A DNA stretch of 12,961 bases from Octopus sinensis (lineage: Eukaryota): assembly GCF_006345805.1 (NCBI RefSeq), contig NW_021826438.1:1-12961 (forward strand). The letters are read 5' to 3'. Under the pieces are notes generated by a model. That model saw only the letters and a list, made by a program, of their open reading frames with translations, was not told the origin of the DNA and made no database searches. Positions 8,722 through 12,961 of this stretch are shown piece after piece (positions within the stretch are counted from its first letter, which is position 1; each line of letters begins with the position of its first letter). A program made the position numbers and the translations under genes.

Positions 8722-9430
8722 CGATGGTTGTCAAGTCGATTTCGAGTAGAGCCATTGTCTGATTTCTGTATGCCCTAGATTATCACCGATGTGCTGCACG
8801 AATATGGCTTTTGAGGACTGCTAAAGACTTGCATGCTTTTTGACAATATGTGCAAGAAAACTTGGTGATTGTATAGTTTGCTGCTATATGAACTGTACTA
8901 TGCCTTTTCAAGCCAGTTCTTTGATCTGCACAGTTTATGACTGAGTATGCTTTCGAAATTATCTGTTCATCGATAATTAATGTGCGGTTGTACAACGTGT
9001 AATTTCATATGGCACTTTAGCTCAGACTTACTAAGACAAATCTTTCAACATTCATCACATGTATGATCATCACATTCATTAATGCATAACCGCTTGAGTA
9101 TGTCTCTGATCATGAGCAGAAGTAGTGGAAGAGCATCATAGCCATGTGTTGAGAGGAATTCTTTGGGGTTTGAATAATTCACCTCTGGAAACATGGGTGT
9201 TTTATTCATCATCCTTAGCAAAACCTTATTCAGGGACCTTTTAAGCGGGATGGGCTTCGCAACTTGAAAATTTTAACTGCGCGCCACCTGCAAGGTCATG
9301 CGGTATTTATCTTGAGGGAATGTTGACCTACACGCTTAGCCAGCGAGGTGGTTTCATTCCAAGGCAAAAACAATGCGAATTGCTTTGTGACCAGCGATGT
9401 GTAACAAACAGCGATAGTCTGGTCAATACG
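8722..9430 (-). mobile_element. Probable interspersed repeat carrying the zinc-finger remnant (boundaries uncertain)
   Basis: The finger ORF ends about 60 bp before a short 3' UTR-like end. The upstream block 9100-9430 resembles, from recall only, a common octopus repeat. Confidence 0.4.
8783..9065 (-). pseudogene. Three decayed tandem C2H2 zinc fingers, probably a retroelement ORF C-terminus
   Basis: Finger 1 CDEC*KICLSKSELKCHMKLH (9059-8997). Finger 2 (S)IL(S)HKLCRS/RTGLKRHSTVH (8951-8888, with one frameshift). Finger 3 CTYCQKACKSLAVLKSHIRAAH (8854-8789). Stop at 8783-8785. Confidence 0.75.
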
Positions 9431-9439
9431 GACAATAAG

Positions 9440-9656
9440 ATTTACTCATTTACTTGTTTCTGTCACTTGACTGCGGCCATGCTGGAGCACCGCCTTTAGT
9501 CGAGCAAGCAGATCCCCAGGACTTATTCTTTGTGAACCTTTGTACTTATTCTATCGGTCTCTTTTGCTGAACCGCTAAGTTATGGGGACGTAAACACACC
9601 ACCATCGGTTGTCAAGCGATGTTGGGAGGGGGGTAAACACAGACACACAAACATAT

Positions 9657-9687
<31 letters not shown>

Positions 9688-9860
9688 CATATATGCGACG
9701 GGCTTCTTTCAGTTTCCGTCTACCAAATCAACTCACAAAGCTTTGGTCAGCCCGTGGCTACAGTAGAAGACACTTGCCCAAGGTGCCACGCAGTGGGAAT
9801 GAACCCGGAACCATGTGGTTGGTAAGCAAGCTACTTACCACACAGCCACTCCTGCGCCTA
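9440..9860 (-). mobile_element. Full-length tRNA-derived CORE-type SINE with an internal (AT)/(GT) microsatellite (octopus OR-like)
   Basis: On the minus strand it starts GGCGCAGGAGTGGCTGTGTGG (A box 9848-9838), with B box GGTTCATTCCC (9805-9795), CORE-like GGCACCTTGGGCAAGTGTCTT and 3' end GACAGAAACAAGTAAAT. Confidence 0.9.
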
Positions 9861-9914
9861 TAATACAATTATTCATTGAGTGTATATTTAGAATTACAAT
9901 ACGTTTTGTTATTA

Positions 9915-10036
9915 TCTAGCAGTGTCAACGTGAAATGAAGTGTTTTGCTTAAGAGTACAATGCACCACCTGGTCAGAGAATAGACACCATGCTGTAGCCA
10001 TGGTGATATTCCAGCATCCTAACCACCAGGCCACAC
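9915..10036 (-). mobile_element. Degenerate 5' part of a second CORE-type SINE
   Basis: On the minus strand, A box TGGCCTGGTGG (10033-10023) is followed by CORE-like TTGTACTCTTAAGCAAAACACTTCATTTCACGTTG. Confidence 0.65.
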
Positions 10037-10142
10037 GATTTATGTCGCATAGTATATTGTAAATATAACTGGCAGTGCGTCACTTATCATGACGAGGGTT
10101 GTCAGTCCATGATGGCGTTGGCCGTAATAATTCTTTTAATTT

Positions 10143-10346
10143 AAACACAAGGCCTGAAATATTGGAGGAGAAGGGCGGTTAATCGATTACATCAACTCCA
10201 GTGCCCAACTGGTACTTATTTTATCGATCTCGAAAGGATGAAAAATAAAGTCGACCCTGGCTGACTTTGAGGTCAAAGAGTGAAGGCGGAAAATAAATGG
10301 CTCTAAGCATTTTCTCCGCCGTGTTAATTCATCTTAGCTCATCGCC
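10143..10346 (-). mobile_element. Diverged SINE of the same family as 8315-8533, with a different tail
   Basis: Minus strand reads GGCGATGAGC...AAATGCTTAG...GGGTCGACTTT..TTTCATCCTTTCG...AAATAAGTACCAGTT..GCACTGG..TAATCGA, collinear with 8315-8470. Confidence 0.82.
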
Positions 10347-10404
10347 TTAGTCTATTTTTTTTGGGGGGGGGGTGTGATGAGAATGAAGAACGAAATGAGC
10401 GAAA

Positions 10405-10718
10405 TATTATAATGATGACGATCATGAGAAGCGGAGGAAATTGATGGTGATGAGAAAATATAAGGACAACGGCGACAGTTGTGAAAATGATGATGATGAT
10501 GATGATGATGATGATGGTAACAATGAAGAAGATGGTGGAAATGAAGAAGACGATGACGAGGACGAAGTGGGGAGGAAATTGATGGTGGGGAAAACGAAGG
10601 AAGAAAGAAGAAAAAGAAGATGAAGATGATAATAATGAGGATTATGAAGATCTATCTATCTCTCTATCTGTCTGTTTGTCTGTCCGTCCGTCTGTCCCTC
10701 CATCTATCTGTTTGTCTG

Positions 10719-10781
<63 letters not shown>

Positions 10782-10836
10782 GTCTGTCTGTCCGTTCGTC
10801 CGTCTGTCTATCTGTCTGTCTGTCTGTCTCTCTCTC

Positions 10837-10879
<43 letters not shown>

Positions 10880-11160
10880 ACGATGACGACGACGACTCAG
10901 ACAAAGAAGATGATGGCGGTGGCAGCAGTGGTAGTGGTGGTGGGGATGACGGACGACGATGATGACGGTAATGATACTGCTGCTTATAATAATTACGACG
11001 ACGACGATGATGATGATGATGAGGATATTGATAATGACAAGGCGACGAAGGCCACATCAATGCCGCTGCTGCTGCTGCTGATTATGAAAGCGATTACGAT
11101 GTTGATGACAATGTTTTTGGTAATTATTGATGGCGAATGAACGTAATGACGGCGATGATA
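10405..11160. repeat. (GAT/GAC/GAA) triplet tracts around a (TATC)/(TGTC)/(AT) block at 10648-10875
   Basis: Read directly from the sequence. Confidence 0.92.
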
Positions 11161-11261
11161 ATGTAAATGCGCCGAAAATGAATAAGGACATGAAAAAGTG
11201 TGCTAAATGTCAGCCTCGCCGCTAGAGGTGGAGATAGAAACTCCTTTGGTATGAAACATCT

Positions 11262-11274
11262 TGAACTTTGACCC
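11262..11274 (-). promoter_or_regulatory. DR1 nuclear-receptor element candidate (GGGTCA-A-AGTTCA)
   Basis: TGAACTTTGACCC matches the HNF4/COUP-TF/RXR-type DR1 consensus. Motif match only. Confidence 0.3.
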
Positions 11275-11319
11275 CTTCTTTTCGCAATCCGTGTAAAGTG
11301 GGTGGAGTAGTGAGTGAAA

Positions 11320-11450
11320 ATGAGACAGCGAGAGAATAGATGAAGAAGGAGAGAGTGGGTAATAAATCAATAAGGGAAGAGATGGGAAAAGAAGGAGAGA
11401 GAAAGTGAAAGGGAGAGAAGAAGAGAAGAGAAAGGGAGAGATGAGAAGGC
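11320..11450. repeat. GA-rich polypurine tract
   Basis: Read directly from the sequence. Confidence 0.8.
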
Positions 11451-11699
11451 GCTTCGTAGACGTGTCCACCTCTCCTACTTCTACTTGTTTTTCCTTTCCT
11501 TTTCCCCGTTCTGTGAGCCAGTAAACGCGCCGAACATTGCCAGCACCAACACTAGCCACCGACACCAGCATCGCCACCAGCAGCTCCACCACCAGCAGCT
11601 CCGCCAGCAGCTCGTGCACCGGCACCGGTGCCGTCATCGCCATCATCATGCTCGACAAAATGTCTGCCATTAAATACGATCTCTTACCGTACACGAAAC

Positions 11700-11883
11700 A
11701 CAAACACATACAAATACACACACACGCGCGCCGCCCCTACACGCATATATATATATGTACGTATGTATGTCTCTCTCTCTCTTCCTATATATATATATAT
11801 ACACATACATACATACATACATACATACATACATACATACATACATACATACATACATACATACATGCATGTATATATATATA

Positions 11884-11930
<47 letters not shown>

Positions 11931-12021
11931 GTACGTATGTATCTCTCTCTCTCTCTTCCTATATATATATATACACATACATACATACATACATGCATTC
12001 TTACATGCATGCATATATATA

Positions 12022-12052
<31 letters not shown>

Positions 12053-12445
12053 TTGCACATGCACATGCACACGCACAAAGAAATACACACGCATGCGCGC
12101 GTGAACACATCCACTCACATACACACATGCTCGCAGTACACATATAAACATGAACATATAAGCATAAAACTGTACACACACACACGCGCATGCATATATT
12201 TATGGCAGCGTGTGCGTGTATATGTGTATATGTATGTATATGTACATGTCTATGTACAAATATGTGTGTGTGCGTGTTTGTGTGTATGAGTATACATATA
12301 TATGTATGAGTATACATATATATGCATATATATGTGTACTCATACATATAGACAACGTACAGGCACACACAAACACACACACGCACACTCATACATACAC
12401 ACAGACATATATAAATGCGCAGTTATACACTTCAATATACATATA
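11700..12445. repeat. Compound (AC)/(ATAC)/(AT)/(CT) microsatellite field
   Basis: Read directly from the sequence. Confidence 0.93.
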
Positions 12446-12554
12446 TACACGCACATATGTTACACACTGTCACAAACATTATTAAATGTGAAGGGTTACG
12501 AAATGAGGTGTTTATGAGGCGCCATTTTATATTTATTAATCTCTCCTCCATAAT

Positions 12555-12961
12555 CCTTGTCATCCCGCCAATAAACACACCACCTCACCATGTACTGGTC
12601 ACCACCATAACCACTACGACGACGATGACGACGACGACGCACACCACCACCACCATCATCTATACTACTCTTACCGTAACCACCGTCACCACCACCATCA
12701 CCACCGCTACTACTGCTACCCTCACCACCGCAATCACTACCACCACAACTACCACTATCACCACCACCACCATTACCATTTACATTTCTACTACCATAAC
12801 CACTACCACCACCACAATAACTTTGATACCACCACCACCATCATCATCATCTATACTACTATTACCGTAACTACCACCACCATCAGCACCGCAACTATTG
12901 CTACCCTCACCGCCATAATCACTACCACCACCACTACCACTATCACCACCATCACCATCAT
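12555..12961. repeat. Degenerate (ACC/ACT/ATC)n triplet tract with a higher-order unit of about 191 bp
   Basis: ATCTATACTACT..TTACCGTAAC recurs at 12658 and 12849 with collinear downstream blocks. Confidence 0.85.

Noticed and set aside
8783-8995. Intact host C2H2 transcription-factor gene
   Set aside because: There is a stop in finger 1, lost cysteines and a frameshift in finger 2, no TGEKP linkers and no clear splice structure.
9790-9860. tRNA gene (also considered at 8315-8390)
   Set aside because: A and B boxes are present, but they continue into SINE bodies and no full cloverleaf forms. These are tRNA-derived SINE heads.
10441-10623. Acidic Asp/Glu-rich protein
   Set aside because: It is the translation of a degenerate (GAT)n tract, and tracts of this kind recur throughout the window.

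Overview
AT-rich eukaryotic non-coding DNA dominated by microsatellites. The repeat types (tRNA-derived and CORE-type SINEs, RTE and L1/Tx1-like LINE remnants, a dead mariner, very dense compound microsatellites) suggest an Octopus-like cephalopod genome; this is inferred from pattern recognition, not a database hit. No intact protein-coding gene, RNA gene or CRISPR array is supported, and most ORFs in the track are microsatellite read-throughs. The most structured object is a complete short RTE LINE insertion (7792-8654) with an 8-bp TSD and a flush 5' inversion. A SINE with its own TSD sits inside the inverted part. Other features: a decayed triple C2H2 zinc-finger remnant (8783-9065), a 3' tail shared between a LINE remnant and a SINE, a 61-bp inverted repeat (160-343), a CRE/YY1/ETS motif cluster at an A/T skew switch (about 4700), and a perfect DR1 nuclear-receptor motif (11262-11274).
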